Positions 8,847-18,719 are shown, counted from the first letter of the stretch. The stretch: 32,000 bases of DNA from Promethearchaeum syntrophicum (GCF_008000775.2 NZ_CP042905.2:2490001-2522000); one strand, 5' to 3'. The notes: a model not told the origin generated them from the letters alone. Numbers and translations: made by a program.

Positions 8847-9407
8847 TTAATTATATATATTTCCGGGTTCGGGATCAGGAAATCCCCGTTTTAATATTTT
8901 TGCAAGAGTTTCTAGGCGATCTTCGTTGATTTCAGGATCAATTTCTTCAACAAATATGGCTCCCTTTGGACAATATTCTACACATTGAGGTTCCCCAGAT
9001 TCTGTAGATTCGCATAAATCACATACTACAGCTTTCCGTTCTTTTACGTTAACATTAATTGCTCCAAAAGGACAATTTCTGACACATGCACCACAACCAT
9101 CGCAAATATTATTATCCACATGGATTAATCCCGTTTCTGGATCTTTTGATAATGCAAGTAATTGACATGCTTTGACGCAATCAGGATCGTAACATGAAAG
9201 ACAGCTTAATGTATTGTTTATAATGGGTTCAATTCTAATTCGGTTTATTCTAGAATTTAAGGGATTAAACTCTTCATTATGGGAAAAAGAGCAAACTGAC
9301 TCACATATTTCACACCCAGTACAACGACGCGGGTCCACAACTAATATTTTATGGAATATTTTTTCATTTTTCGTTGAATCTTCAGATTTAGTTGCCATTT
9401 TTTTCAC
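8847..9407 (-). CDS. 4Fe-4S multi-cluster ferredoxin, likely electron-transfer partner of AOR (AorA-like)
   Basis: Four Cys clusters: CTGCEICESVC, CLSCYDPDCVKAC, CDGCGACVRNCP, CDLC...CVEYCP. Starts 12 nt after the aor stop. Confidence 0.9.
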   Translation of the reverse strand: MKKMATKSEDSTKNEKIFHKILVVDPRRCTGCEICESVCSFSHNEEFNPLNSRINRIRIEPIINNTLSCLSCYDPDCVKACQLLALSKDPETGLIHVDNNICDGCGACVRNCPFGAINVNVKERKAVVCDLCESTESGEPQCVEYCPKGAIFVEEIDPEINEDRLETLAKILKRGFPDPEPGNIYN

Positions 9408-9419
9408 TTCTCCATTTTT

Positions 9420-11306
9420 TTAAATTTTTCCAATTACAAACTCCAAACCGCGTTCTTTCAACGCTTTTTCAGTGGGAATTCCATGTTCATCCCAATCATG
9501 AGCCAAGTAATATAGTTTGACTGCTTCACGAAAAGCTTTCTCGTCATTGTACCAGCCTTTCGTTGGACCATCTGTGTTAGGTTCATTGAAGTTTCGCCAT
9601 GGTAAAGTATCTTCCGATTCGGCTGCAATACCTTCATGATTACATTCACGAATATTGAAACATTTCGCTAAATCATGGATCCGGGTTCCTGCCATCTCAA
9701 GTTCTTCCCCACTCATTGGTATTCCTGTTACCATTTCATATACTTCTGCGACTTCTGGTATACCTCTGTGATAAATACCGCGCGTAAATTTACAAACAAC
9801 TAATGAATCTATAACAGCAAGATAGTTTTCCATACCCATCAAAGCTTTACCACGTTTATCAAATTGATCATATTTACTGCGATCAAATTTCTTTTTTATA
9901 TCAAACCCATATGAACCAGAGCGTAAATGACAAGCCCCTCGGACAGAAACAGCAAACCCAACAGATGCAGTAGAGAGTCCTTTAAGTTCATAACCAGGAA
10001 TTCCCATTCCTTTGATTTCCATTGAGAATCTCTCTGAATTATGCCCTATTTTTCGTGCAGCAGCTCGTGAACCATCAGAACAAAGATCTCCTGCTTCAGT
10101 TTGTCTTAAACACATATCTTCTACAAATTGAACCATTGCATGATAATCTCCCCAATTTAAACCCTTTTTATAGACTGGATTATCACCTAACATTTTTTTA
10201 GTGATTAATCCCTTTTCATAAGCTTCCATAGCCCACCCAATTGTTACTCCCCCAGTCATTGTGTCTATTCCATATCGATCACAAAGTTCAATTGCTTTAA
10301 TAAGTGCGGGAAAATGATTTACCAAACACACTGATCCAAGAGCATAAATTGATTCAAAATCAACACTTGAAACTACGTTTGGCCAATCGGGATCATCGGG
10401 TGCGGTTCCGCAAAGGTGATCACAAGCGATCGGGCATTGACTGCATCCAGTTTTTTTTACAACCCATTTTTCTCGCATAGTTTCTCCCGAAATATCATCA
10501 GCTTTATCCCAATATCCTGTTTGAAAATTTTTTGTAGGTAAAACTCCGATTTCATTAAACACCATCATATTTATTGGAGTTCCAATATCCCTATATTTAA
10601 TAGTATCTTTACCATTTGCTAATTGGATTAATTCCTTTGCTTTGATCATAAACTCTTTGGGTTTTGCTATTTGAATTGATTTAGTTCCACGAAAAGCAAG
10701 AGCTTTTAGGTTTTTAGATCCCATAACCGCACCCAAGCCAGTTCGGCCAACTTGTCTTGCTCTATCATTAGTAATACATGCCTGTTTAGACAGTTTTTCA
10801 CCAGCTTGACCGCAAGCCATAACTGCAATTCGCTGGTCACCAAACATATTTCTTATTTCTTCTTCTGTTACCCATGTATCCTTACCCCAAACTGTGTCTT
10901 TGCATGGAATAAGTTGAATAGAGTCATCATCAAAGAACAAGAAAACGGGTTCAGGAGATTTGCCCGTAAATATTATCAAATCATAACCCGCTCGTCTCAT
11001 TTGAGCTCCAACAGAACCTGAACTAATCCCAAAACCAATTCGACCAGACAATGGACTTTTTGCACCAACTGCATATTTCGAAGATGTTGGTACAATTGTT
11101 CCTGGAAATGGGCCAATAGCAACGATGAATGGATTTTGAGGATCAAAAGGATCTATACCAACAGGACATTCATCCCATAATATTTTAGTAATAAATCCGT
11201 ATCCTCCGATATATTTTTTACAAAATTCTTCTTTCAGAACTTCCTTTTTTATTGTACCAGTTGTAAGATCAATTCTAACGCAAACTTGTGTATAAGCATT
11301 TACCAT
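9420..11306 (-). CDS. aor: Aldehyde:ferredoxin oxidoreductase family (tungstopterin enzyme)
   Basis: 628 aa. The N-terminal AOR domain is recognised by eye (IDLTTG...YIGGYGF...KSPLSG). CSQCPIAC matches the [4Fe-4S] ligand motif CxxCxxxC. Typical length. Confidence 0.95.
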   Translation of the reverse strand: MVNAYTQVCVRIDLTTGTIKKEVLKEEFCKKYIGGYGFITKILWDECPVGIDPFDPQNPFIVAIGPFPGTIVPTSSKYAVGAKSPLSGRIGFGISSGSVGAQMRRAGYDLIIFTGKSPEPVFLFFDDDSIQLIPCKDTVWGKDTWVTEEEIRNMFGDQRIAVMACGQAGEKLSKQACITNDRARQVGRTGLGAVMGSKNLKALAFRGTKSIQIAKPKEFMIKAKELIQLANGKDTIKYRDIGTPINMMVFNEIGVLPTKNFQTGYWDKADDISGETMREKWVVKKTGCSQCPIACDHLCGTAPDDPDWPNVVSSVDFESIYALGSVCLVNHFPALIKAIELCDRYGIDTMTGGVTIGWAMEAYEKGLITKKMLGDNPVYKKGLNWGDYHAMVQFVEDMCLRQTEAGDLCSDGSRAAARKIGHNSERFSMEIKGMGIPGYELKGLSTASVGFAVSVRGACHLRSGSYGFDIKKKFDRSKYDQFDKRGKALMGMENYLAVIDSLVVCKFTRGIYHRGIPEVAEVYEMVTGIPMSGEELEMAGTRIHDLAKCFNIRECNHEGIAAESEDTLPWRNFNEPNTDGPTKGWYNDEKAFREAVKLYYLAHDWDEHGIPTEKALKERGLEFVIGKI

Positions 11307-11360
11307 AATAATTTTCTTCCCATTATTTTTTTAATTTAATTAATGTAATTTGATTATTTA

Positions 11361-12431
11361 TTACACTCGATTATTCATTCCAAAAAAGATGTTCGCACCA
11401 TTATAATGATCGATCAACGACTGAATTATATTAAAGTAATCCAATTGAATATTTCCACCAAAATCATTAAGTGTTAATTGTGAATCTTTAATTATTTTGA
11501 TTCGAGTCTCTAAAACTAGTTTATCATTTAATTTCCAAGTCGGTAAGTGATCATAAACCCATTTTCTGAAATGATCCTTTTCTTTTTCTAATGCTTTAAT
11601 TTCTTCTGGCATTAACGAGCGAATTTTTTCGATCATAATTTGAACATAAGGCATATCAAAAATTCGTTTACCTTCTAACGCTAGAAATATATCTTCTAAA
11701 TATGGTTCTCTAACATGAGTATCAAGGGAGCAAACTGTAGTCTTAATAAATAGATCTAAAAATTCTTCTTTTTCTAGTTCTGAAGCGAAAACAATTGCGG
11801 TACTTAAGTAATAGTTTAATTGAGCAATTTTTCTATTGTCCCAGAATGATTTACCGAGAGGGTCCATATTTTTTATTTTATCAACAATCTTATCAACCAT
11901 TTCATTCAATTTTTGATCGTCGATTTCTGTAGCATTCATCTGAATAATATTTCGAATTTGACCAACTTGGGATGCAATTTCTGTAGGATTCTTTTCTAAA
12001 TATGATAAAAAGTTCTTAATCTTAATTTCTAATAAAAGCTTACTCCCACTTTTCGTAAAACCTAGTGAGGAAAGAAAATTCTTAAATTCCATATCCTCTG
12101 GAACATCGATGGTTATTGATTTTACACCATCTAATCCAAAATACTCCAATAACTTAATAAATGTAAAATTTAGAATTCCTCTGTATGAATGTGACCTATT
12201 CATTCCAGCAGGACCAAATATAAGTTTACTACCTATTTTTTCAATCCCAATAAACATACCGATATGTAGGTCATTTGAATAAATATCAATTATTTCGGTT
12301 ATTGCTTTACGTGGTCGTTTAGTTAATCGAATAGTCTCGGCTTCTCCAAATTTTGTTTCGATTGGAAAGAATTCCTTTGATTTAAAGAACTTTTGGGCAA
12401 TCTTTTTTGATTCAGTTGTTATTTTTGACAC
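11361..12431 (-). CDS. Hypothetical protein (356 aa). N-terminal about 135 aa is weakly GNAT-like; the C-terminal domain is helical.
   Basis: ORF wedged between mvhD and aor on the same strand, with gaps of 75 and 54 nt. The only family hint is ...ITIDVPEDMEFKNFLSSLGFTKSG, reminiscent of an acetyltransferase C-terminal motif. Low confidence on function. Confidence 0.7.
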   Translation of the reverse strand: MSKITTESKKIAQKFFKSKEFFPIETKFGEAETIRLTKRPRKAITEIIDIYSNDLHIGMFIGIEKIGSKLIFGPAGMNRSHSYRGILNFTFIKLLEYFGLDGVKSITIDVPEDMEFKNFLSSLGFTKSGSKLLLEIKIKNFLSYLEKNPTEIASQVGQIRNIIQMNATEIDDQKLNEMVDKIVDKIKNMDPLGKSFWDNRKIAQLNYYLSTAIVFASELEKEEFLDLFIKTTVCSLDTHVREPYLEDIFLALEGKRIFDMPYVQIMIEKIRSLMPEEIKALEKEKDHFRKWVYDHLPTWKLNDKLVLETRIKIIKDSQLTLNDFGGNIQLDYFNIIQSLIDHYNGANIFFGMNNRV

Positions 12432-12506
12432 CTCAGAATACTACAATTAATTCTTATCAACATTAAAAAAAAACATATCATATTATTTGAACAATTGGGG
12501 AATATT

Positions 12507-12953
12507 TTATTTATTATTTCTCGGATTTTTTCCTAGAAGTTTTAATTCTTTTACGAATTCTTTCGAGATTTCAGTCAATTCAGCACCTTCTGAAGCGCTT
12601 ATATGTTCTAATCTCACTCTTTTTGGATTAAAACCATATTGCTTAACAAATTCTCTAATAATCGGCATTCTTCTAACGGTTTTATGATTTCCACTGACAT
12701 AATGACAATCACCTATATGACATGCACCAATTAGAACCCCATCCGCACCCCGCTTTAAAGCTTCAATTATAAATCTCGCTTCTACTCTTCCTGAACACAT
12801 AACCCTCATTATTCTTAAATTTGCTGGGCGTTGCATTCTCGATGTTCCTGCTTGATCTGCTCCAGTATAGGTACACCAATTACAAAATATCGCTAAAATA
12901 AAAGGATCGAATTCATCAACTTCCTTTACTTTATCATTACTTTTTTTTTCCAT
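12507..12953 (-). CDS. mvhD: MvhD-type (methyl-viologen-reducing hydrogenase delta subunit family) iron-sulfur adaptor protein
   Basis: FCNWCTYTGADQAG...RVMCSGRV...GCHIGDCHY is the characteristic MvhD/FlpD pattern. The start codon abuts the hdrA stop with a 0-nt gap. Confidence 0.9.
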   Translation of the reverse strand: MEKKSNDKVKEVDEFDPFILAIFCNWCTYTGADQAGTSRMQRPANLRIMRVMCSGRVEARFIIEALKRGADGVLIGACHIGDCHYVSGNHKTVRRMPIIREFVKQYGFNPKRVRLEHISASEGAELTEISKEFVKELKLLGKNPRNNK

Positions 12954-14966
12954 TTAATTAAATCCTCCTAAAACATCTGTAATGATGGTCATTAATTGAT
13001 CGCCTGTAAAATGATTCTGATAAATTGCATTAGATGGACAACTAGCAACACATGTTCCGCAACCATGGCACATAATCGGATTTATATACGCTACTTTTTG
13101 CTTATCATCAAAAGAAATTGCATTATAGGGGCATAAATTAATACAAGAACGACATCCAGAACATAAATTTGCTTGAACTACTGCATAATAGGGGTCTACT
13201 TCAACTTCACCTTTTGCCATTAAAATTGCGGCTCCAGAAGCTGCTCCCTTTGCTTGACTAACAGCATCAGGAATATCTTTTGGCCCTTGAGCAACCCCTG
13301 CAACAAAAATACCTGCAGTAAGACAATCAACTGGTCTAAGTTTAGGGTGGGCTTCCATGAAAAATCCATCAGATGTTTGTTGTATTCCCAACATGGATGC
13401 AACTTGAGAAGAATCTGATCTTGTTTCTACTCCGGTTGATAATACTACTAAATCAACATTAATTGCTATTGGACGACTTAAAAATGTATCTTCTCCTCGA
13501 AGTAATAATGTTTTATCAGGATTTTGGTATATTTCAGCCAATCTACCCCTCATATATTTTATCCCAAAATCATGACTTGATGATTCATAAAATTCCTCAT
13601 ATCCCTTTCCAAAAGCCCTTATATCCATGTAAAAAATATAACATTCTGCTTCAGGATGTTTTTCTTTATACTGACGCGCTTGCTTTATTGCGTACATACA
13701 ACAGACACGACTGCAATATTTATGATAACCTTCTCTATTATCCCTACTTCCAACACATTGCAACCAAGCTACAGAATGAGGAGGTTTACCATTTGAAGGA
13801 CATACGGGTTTTCCTAAATTTGGGCCTGTACTGGAAAGATTTCTCTCCATTTCTAATCCAGTGATAACATTTTCATATACTCCATAGCCATAATTTTTGA
13901 GATTTGTAGGATTAATCTGATCGTAGCCTGTTGAAACAATTATCGTTCCGACCTTTATTGTAGAATAATGATCTTCTTCATCATAGTTAATAGCTCCTGG
14001 TTCGCAAATATTGGGTAAAGCGCAAATTCCACATTTTATACAATGATCAATATCTATTGTAAATTGACCCGGAACTGCTTGTGGGAAGGGGATATATATT
14101 GCCTTACGTGGGCTCATGTTTAAATCAAAACTATTCGCACAAATAACGGGACAACTATCTACACATGCGCCACAACCAGTACATTTAAGTTGATCAACGT
14201 AATGTGCTTTATGTTTTATTTTAACTTCGAAATTACCCACATATCCATCAACTTGCTCAACTTCAGAATATGCCATTATATGAATATTCGGATTTCGGGA
14301 AACATCCACCATTTTTGGGGTTAAAATACATGAAGAACAATCCATAGTGGGAAAAGTTTTATCCAATTGTGCCATATGACCACCAATCGTTAATTCTCTT
14401 TCAACTAGAAATACTTCAAAACCTTGATCAGCAAGATCCAAAGCAGAGTTCATTCCAGCAATACCTGCACCTATTACTAAGGTAGAAGGTTTTACTTTAA
14501 CTTTTATGGTTTCTAATGCTTTTAGTTTACGCACTTTAGCAACTTGCATACGAATGTGATCTTTAGCAATTCTTTGAGCGCCTTCATGATCATACATATT
14601 TACCCATGTTGCATGTTCTCTGATATTAGCTTGAGCAAAATAAAATGGATTCAGACCATTTTCTTTTAAAACGCGTCGGAATGTTGGTTCATGCATTCTA
14701 GGGCTACACGCAGCAACCACGATACGATTAACTAATCCATCTTTAATATCTTTAGCAATTTCTGCTTGTCCATTATCGGAACAATAGAATTTGTATTGTT
14801 TACAAAGAGTGACATTTGGAAGAGTTTTACCGAATTCTACCATATCATCCATCTGTAAAACTCCCCCGATATTTATTCCACAATTACATATATATAGTCC
14901 TATTCGGACATCGTCATCCTTCGGGCTCTTTAATTTTGAAATCGGTGTTGGATTACTTTCAGTCAT
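12954..14966 (-). CDS. hdrA: Heterodisulfide reductase subunit A-like flavoprotein
   Basis: 670 aa. FAD-binding VIGAGIAGMNSALDLADQG. Ferredoxin-type motifs CTGCGACVDSCP, CIKCGICA, CSGCRSCINLCP and CHGCGTCVASCP. N-terminal CNCG... cysteine cluster. Confidence 0.95.
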   Translation of the reverse strand: MTESNPTPISKLKSPKDDDVRIGLYICNCGINIGGVLQMDDMVEFGKTLPNVTLCKQYKFYCSDNGQAEIAKDIKDGLVNRIVVAACSPRMHEPTFRRVLKENGLNPFYFAQANIREHATWVNMYDHEGAQRIAKDHIRMQVAKVRKLKALETIKVKVKPSTLVIGAGIAGMNSALDLADQGFEVFLVERELTIGGHMAQLDKTFPTMDCSSCILTPKMVDVSRNPNIHIMAYSEVEQVDGYVGNFEVKIKHKAHYVDQLKCTGCGACVDSCPVICANSFDLNMSPRKAIYIPFPQAVPGQFTIDIDHCIKCGICALPNICEPGAINYDEEDHYSTIKVGTIIVSTGYDQINPTNLKNYGYGVYENVITGLEMERNLSSTGPNLGKPVCPSNGKPPHSVAWLQCVGSRDNREGYHKYCSRVCCMYAIKQARQYKEKHPEAECYIFYMDIRAFGKGYEEFYESSSHDFGIKYMRGRLAEIYQNPDKTLLLRGEDTFLSRPIAINVDLVVLSTGVETRSDSSQVASMLGIQQTSDGFFMEAHPKLRPVDCLTAGIFVAGVAQGPKDIPDAVSQAKGAASGAAILMAKGEVEVDPYYAVVQANLCSGCRSCINLCPYNAISFDDKQKVAYINPIMCHGCGTCVASCPSNAIYQNHFTGDQLMTIITDVLGGFN

Positions 14967-14993
14967 TTTTTTTCACTATGATATCGTTAAAAG

Positions 14994-15566
14994 TTATTTT
15001 TTTTCTTCATTTACAGGTTCGATATCTAAATCTACAATTTTATCAAACCCAGTCAAATGCATCAATTTTTGTATATTTAACACTGCCTCAGGATGAGAAT
15101 GAGTTGTAGCGGGAATTTTTGAAAGCCCATAAGACTCACGAGCCTTTGACCATTGATTATCTTCATTATTTTTTGTAATTCCTAACGGTACACCATGACC
15201 AGTTTTAGCAAGGATTTGAGTTACTTTCACGTGTGCCGGTTTAATAAAACCCCTTCTTGTTGCTAAATTCCTTAATTTTATAATTACATCTGTTACGGGG
15301 ATATTTCGGGGACATCTTTCATAACAAGTATAACAAGTAGAGCAAAGCCAAATATCCTCATCGGAAAGCACTTCATCAAGCGATAGAACTGCTTCTCTCA
15401 TAATTTGTCGAGTACGAATCGCCGTTCTTCGACCAGAGGGACAAGAACCTGTGCATGTTCCGCATTGAAAACAAGCTCTCATTATTCTGAGTGCTTCATC
15501 TTTTATGATTTCTGCACTTATATCATTACTAATATTAAATATTATATTGGGTGTTATTTTTTCCAT
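14994..15566 (-). CDS. hdrC: Heterodisulfide reductase subunit C-like (2x[4Fe-4S])
   Basis: CFQCGTCTGSCP and CSTCYTCYERCP motifs. 190 aa. Lies 27 nt upstream of hdrA. Confidence 0.9.
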   Translation of the reverse strand: MEKITPNIIFNISNDISAEIIKDEALRIMRACFQCGTCTGSCPSGRRTAIRTRQIMREAVLSLDEVLSDEDIWLCSTCYTCYERCPRNIPVTDVIIKLRNLATRRGFIKPAHVKVTQILAKTGHGVPLGITKNNEDNQWSKARESYGLSKIPATTHSHPEAVLNIQKLMHLTGFDKIVDLDIEPVNEEKK

Positions 15567-15976
15567 ATTTTTTCCCTATTTTATTGCAAGGTTAAAATTT
15601 TCCTAACGTAAATCGCTATGAGAATTTCCTAGATTAAAAATTTCAAAATTTTTATAGATATCAGATTAAAGAAAGTGTATTATGATTTAGAAATGAAAAA
15701 GTTAGTTTAAAAAACTTCACTTCTTTTTTTTCGGAAAACAGTAAAAATGAAACAAACTCAAAATTGTTTTTTCATATTCTACTACTCATTTTATTTTATT
15801 ATTACATAAAACCATTAAAAAAATGCAAATTATTATTAAAATTGATCAAAACTTTGATAAAAAAAAACTAAATTCTACATTTTCAGAGCTAAATCTAATT
15901 TAATCAAATTCTAAAAATAGAATGAATAACATGAGGCAATTTTTATATAAGACAAATATAACCTCTTCTTAAGTTG

Positions 15977-15994
15977 AAAAAAGAATATTTATAC
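15977..15994 (+). promoter_or_regulatory. Candidate archaeal BRE/TATA element for the TPR-hdrB gene (leaderless-type spacing)
   Basis: Purine-rich AAAAAGAA followed by TTTATA (15988-15993), centred about 26 nt upstream of the ATG at 16016. AT-rich background makes chance matches likely. Confidence 0.3.
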
Positions 15995-16015
15995 TTATTT
16001 TGAGTCGATTATTTC

Positions 16016-17842
16016 ATGGTAAAAACAAAAAAATCTCAAAAAATAAAAAAAAAAAGCATTGATTCATTAGAAAATTTAATAGATTTAGGGGTTTCTTTTC
16101 TGGAAAACGGGGATATTCTTGAAGCAAGACATTATTTCCAAGACGCCATTAAAAAATTTCCATCTAAACCTCAGGGATTCATTCATCTAGGATTATTTAA
16201 TTTAAAAAATGACGATTTAGTGGCTGCAAGTAACAATTTTCTTAATGCTGCAAATTTGGATAGAAAAAATACTGAAATATGGATAAATTTAGCAAAAATT
16301 CATTTTAAATTGGGAGGTCTTGCACGAGCCTTTGATTATTCCCAAAAATCATTAGAATTATCACCAAATAATCCTAAAGTATTATTTTATGCGGGGATTA
16401 TCAAACTTTTTCAAATGGATCTCTATTATGCTAAAAAATATCTAACTAAAGCTGCAACAATTGAAAAAGATCCTATATATCCTTATGTGAAATTCTTTTT
16501 AGGGATTTTATACGCGAAGCAAGGTCTATATCTTAAAGCGGCGGAAAATTTTCGAGCTATAAAAAGCCATCCTATTTTTAAAGATATTTCAACAAAGAAT
16601 GGATTATGTTTACAAAATAATTTAGGAATGGTCGAGTATAGGTTGGGAAATATTATAGTAGCAGAACAGATTTTTGAACATATCACAAAAAATGGCCACA
16701 ATCTCAATGCGAATATCTGGATAAACCTCGCGATGATTTACTGGAGCCAAGATAAAACCCAACAAAATTTAAGTGCACTTCGCAAAGCTTCCCAAATTGA
16801 TCCTAAAAGTTGGCCGTGGGTGAAAGAACTTGAAGAATATTTAAAATCGGGTCAAGATGGATTAAAAGCGAAGATACAGAATTTATTGAAAGAAAATCCT
16901 GAAGGAAAAAATATTTCTATGTTTTTAGGATGTGTTATACCAAATCGATATCCATTTATAGATGCTGCTTGCCGTCATGTTTTAAATTCATTAAAAGTTG
17001 GAGTTGTTGAATTAGAAGGAGCGGGGTGTTGCCCTGCCCCTGGTGTATTTAGGTCTTTTGATATTAATACATGGCGCGTTTTAGGTGCTCGAAATATTAC
17101 TATTGCAGAAGATATTGAACGTGATATGTGCATCATGTGTAATGGTTGTTATGGAACTTTAAATGATATCAATACAGATTTAAAAGAGGATATTGAGAAA
17201 AGAGATTATGTTAACGATAAATTAAAAGAAATTGGGCGCGAATTTAAAGGAACAATAGATACCAATCACATTTTATGGATTTTATATAATGATGTCGGAA
17301 TGAAAGAATTAAAAAAGAAAATTGTTCATAAATTAGATTATAATATTGCAATTCATTATGGTTGCCATATATTAAAACCGATTCATAATAAGCCATGGAA
17401 AGATAGTTTTGAAGCTCCAACCTTTTTCGATGATATTATGGAATTAACAGGTGTTAAAAGCATTCCCCACCAAGATAAATTGATGTGTTGTGGCGCAGGT
17501 GGTGGACTACGTGGTTCCATTAAACAAGTCGCAGATGATTTTACTCGCGATAAAATGGAATCATATCGCGCGGCTGGTGTTGATATGGTTGTGGATTGTT
17601 GTCCGTTTTGTCATTTGCAATTAGATTTAGGTCAAGTTGGAATAAATTCTGATTTCAAAGATAAAATTGAAGAACCATTTAAAACACCAGTAATTTATTT
17701 TACACAACTCCTTGGATTAGCAATGGGATTGGATCCTTATAGTCTTGGACTTTTACGAACTCCACAACCAAAAGTTATTCCTCCTTTTATTCCAGTAGTG
17801 CCGATTTTTACAAAATTTATAGATGATATAGATATAAAATAA
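16016..17842 (+). CDS. hdrB: Fusion protein: N-terminal TPR-repeat region of about 295 aa plus a C-terminal HdrB-like domain (two CCG domains)
   Basis: aa 20-290 show repeated TPR consensus (A..YF..AI...P, W.NLA, SLELSPNNP). From about aa 300 (nt 16913) the sequence reads ISMFLGCVIPNRYPF...GAGCCPAPG...MCCGAGGG...CCPFCHLQ. These are the HdrB/CCG cysteine signatures. Confidence 0.9.
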   Translation: MVKTKKSQKIKKKSIDSLENLIDLGVSFLENGDILEARHYFQDAIKKFPSKPQGFIHLGLFNLKNDDLVAASNNFLNAANLDRKNTEIWINLAKIHFKLGGLARAFDYSQKSLELSPNNPKVLFYAGIIKLFQMDLYYAKKYLTKAATIEKDPIYPYVKFFLGILYAKQGLYLKAAENFRAIKSHPIFKDISTKNGLCLQNNLGMVEYRLGNIIVAEQIFEHITKNGHNLNANIWINLAMIYWSQDKTQQNLSALRKASQIDPKSWPWVKELEEYLKSGQDGLKAKIQNLLKENPEGKNISMFLGCVIPNRYPFIDAACRHVLNSLKVGVVELEGAGCCPAPGVFRSFDINTWRVLGARNITIAEDIERDMCIMCNGCYGTLNDINTDLKEDIEKRDYVNDKLKEIGREFKGTIDTNHILWILYNDVGMKELKKKIVHKLDYNIAIHYGCHILKPIHNKPWKDSFEAPTFFDDIMELTGVKSIPHQDKLMCCGAGGGLRGSIKQVADDFTRDKMESYRAAGVDMVVDCCPFCHLQLDLGQVGINSDFKDKIEEPFKTPVIYFTQLLGLAMGLDPYSLGLLRTPQPKVIPPFIPVVPIFTKFIDDIDIK

Positions 17843-17852
17843 ATTTTTAAAC

Positions 17853-17879
17853 GGGTTTTTGTTTAGAAAACCCTTTTTT
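17853..17879 (+). terminator. Hairpin plus T-run downstream of TPR-hdrB
   Basis: GGGTTTT (17853-17859) pairs with AAAACCC (17867-17873) around a 7-nt loop, followed by T6 (17874-17879). The next gene starts only at 17920, so this may attenuate rather than fully terminate. Confidence 0.4.
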
Positions 17880-17919
17880 AGAATCAAGATATTATTTCAA
17901 ATATTTAAGAAAAACTAAA

Positions 17920-18684
17920 ATGCTGAAAAAAATGTCGTTTCCAAAACTATCTAAAGTCGTTGATGAGTCCCAAATTAAAATTGAGCATAAATTTCTCGTA
18001 AAAAAATATGAATTAGTGCTAGATCGCTTAAAATGTGTTGGTTGTGGTCAATGTTCTATAGTATGTCCTCGTGATGCAATTTTATTTGGTCCCGCATCTG
18101 CAGTATATGAATCTAAGCCAAAGGATTTAAACGCAGCTGTAGTAGATACTATCGATGAAAATCTGTGCGTTATGTGTGGTACCTGTGCTTATTTCTGCCC
18201 ATTTGATGCTCTTGATTTATATTTTGATGGAGAAAAAGTAAATATTGAAGAAATGGATATTACTAAATTCCATTCTCTCCCGAAATTAGAACCGAAAACT
18301 GTTTATTGTTCTCACATTAAAAGAGACGCTAAAGTGTACTGGGAAGGAGAAACTAAAGTAACTTACGAAATTGAGAAGAATGAATCTGAATTTAAAAAAC
18401 ATTATATGAATAAATGCCCAGGAGACTGCCATAAATGCGAAGAAATTTGTCCTACTGATGCAATCAAATTCAGAGAGTTAGGTGATGCTTGGGAATCCAA
18501 AATCTTAATAGAAATTGATGATGAAAAGTGTATTAATTGCAGTGCATGTATGTTAGTATGTCCTCAGGATTACTTTAAAACGACGTGGAGCGATATTCAT
18601 ACTTCTGGTCCGTATAATGACATGTTTTGGGATCCTATCAAAGAGAGGCTTTTGAAACAAGAAGTAAAATTCACAGAAGAATAA
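17920..18684 (+). CDS. Polyferredoxin-like protein with four [4Fe-4S]-type motifs
   Basis: CVGCGQCSIVCP, CVMCGTCAYFCP, CPGDCHKCEEICP, CINCSACMLVCP. 254 aa. Confidence 0.85.
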   Translation: MLKKMSFPKLSKVVDESQIKIEHKFLVKKYELVLDRLKCVGCGQCSIVCPRDAILFGPASAVYESKPKDLNAAVVDTIDENLCVMCGTCAYFCPFDALDLYFDGEKVNIEEMDITKFHSLPKLEPKTVYCSHIKRDAKVYWEGETKVTYEIEKNESEFKKHYMNKCPGDCHKCEEICPTDAIKFRELGDAWESKILIEIDDEKCINCSACMLVCPQDYFKTTWSDIHTSGPYNDMFWDPIKERLLKQEVKFTEE

Positions 18685-18711
18685 TTTTCACCTTGGAAAA
18701 CAAGTTTCATA

Positions 18712-18719
18712 TTTTTTTT
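18712..18719 (+). terminator. Oligo-T tract (T8) after the polyferredoxin gene, archaeal-type termination signal
   Basis: T8 run 28 nt after the stop codon, followed by further T-rich sequence (GTTTTGTTTTT). Confidence 0.35.

Noticed and set aside
12507-14966. hdrA and mvhD as selenoproteins (Sec forms exist in some methanogens)
   Set aside because: Both ORFs are continuous with no in-frame TGA, and the relevant positions are Cys. These are Cys-type homologues.
15567-16015. 449-bp divergent intergenic region between hdrC and TPR-hdrB, examined for structured RNA or repeated operators
   Set aside because: No convincing inverted or direct repeats by eye. Only a candidate TATA element near 15988 is reported, at low confidence.
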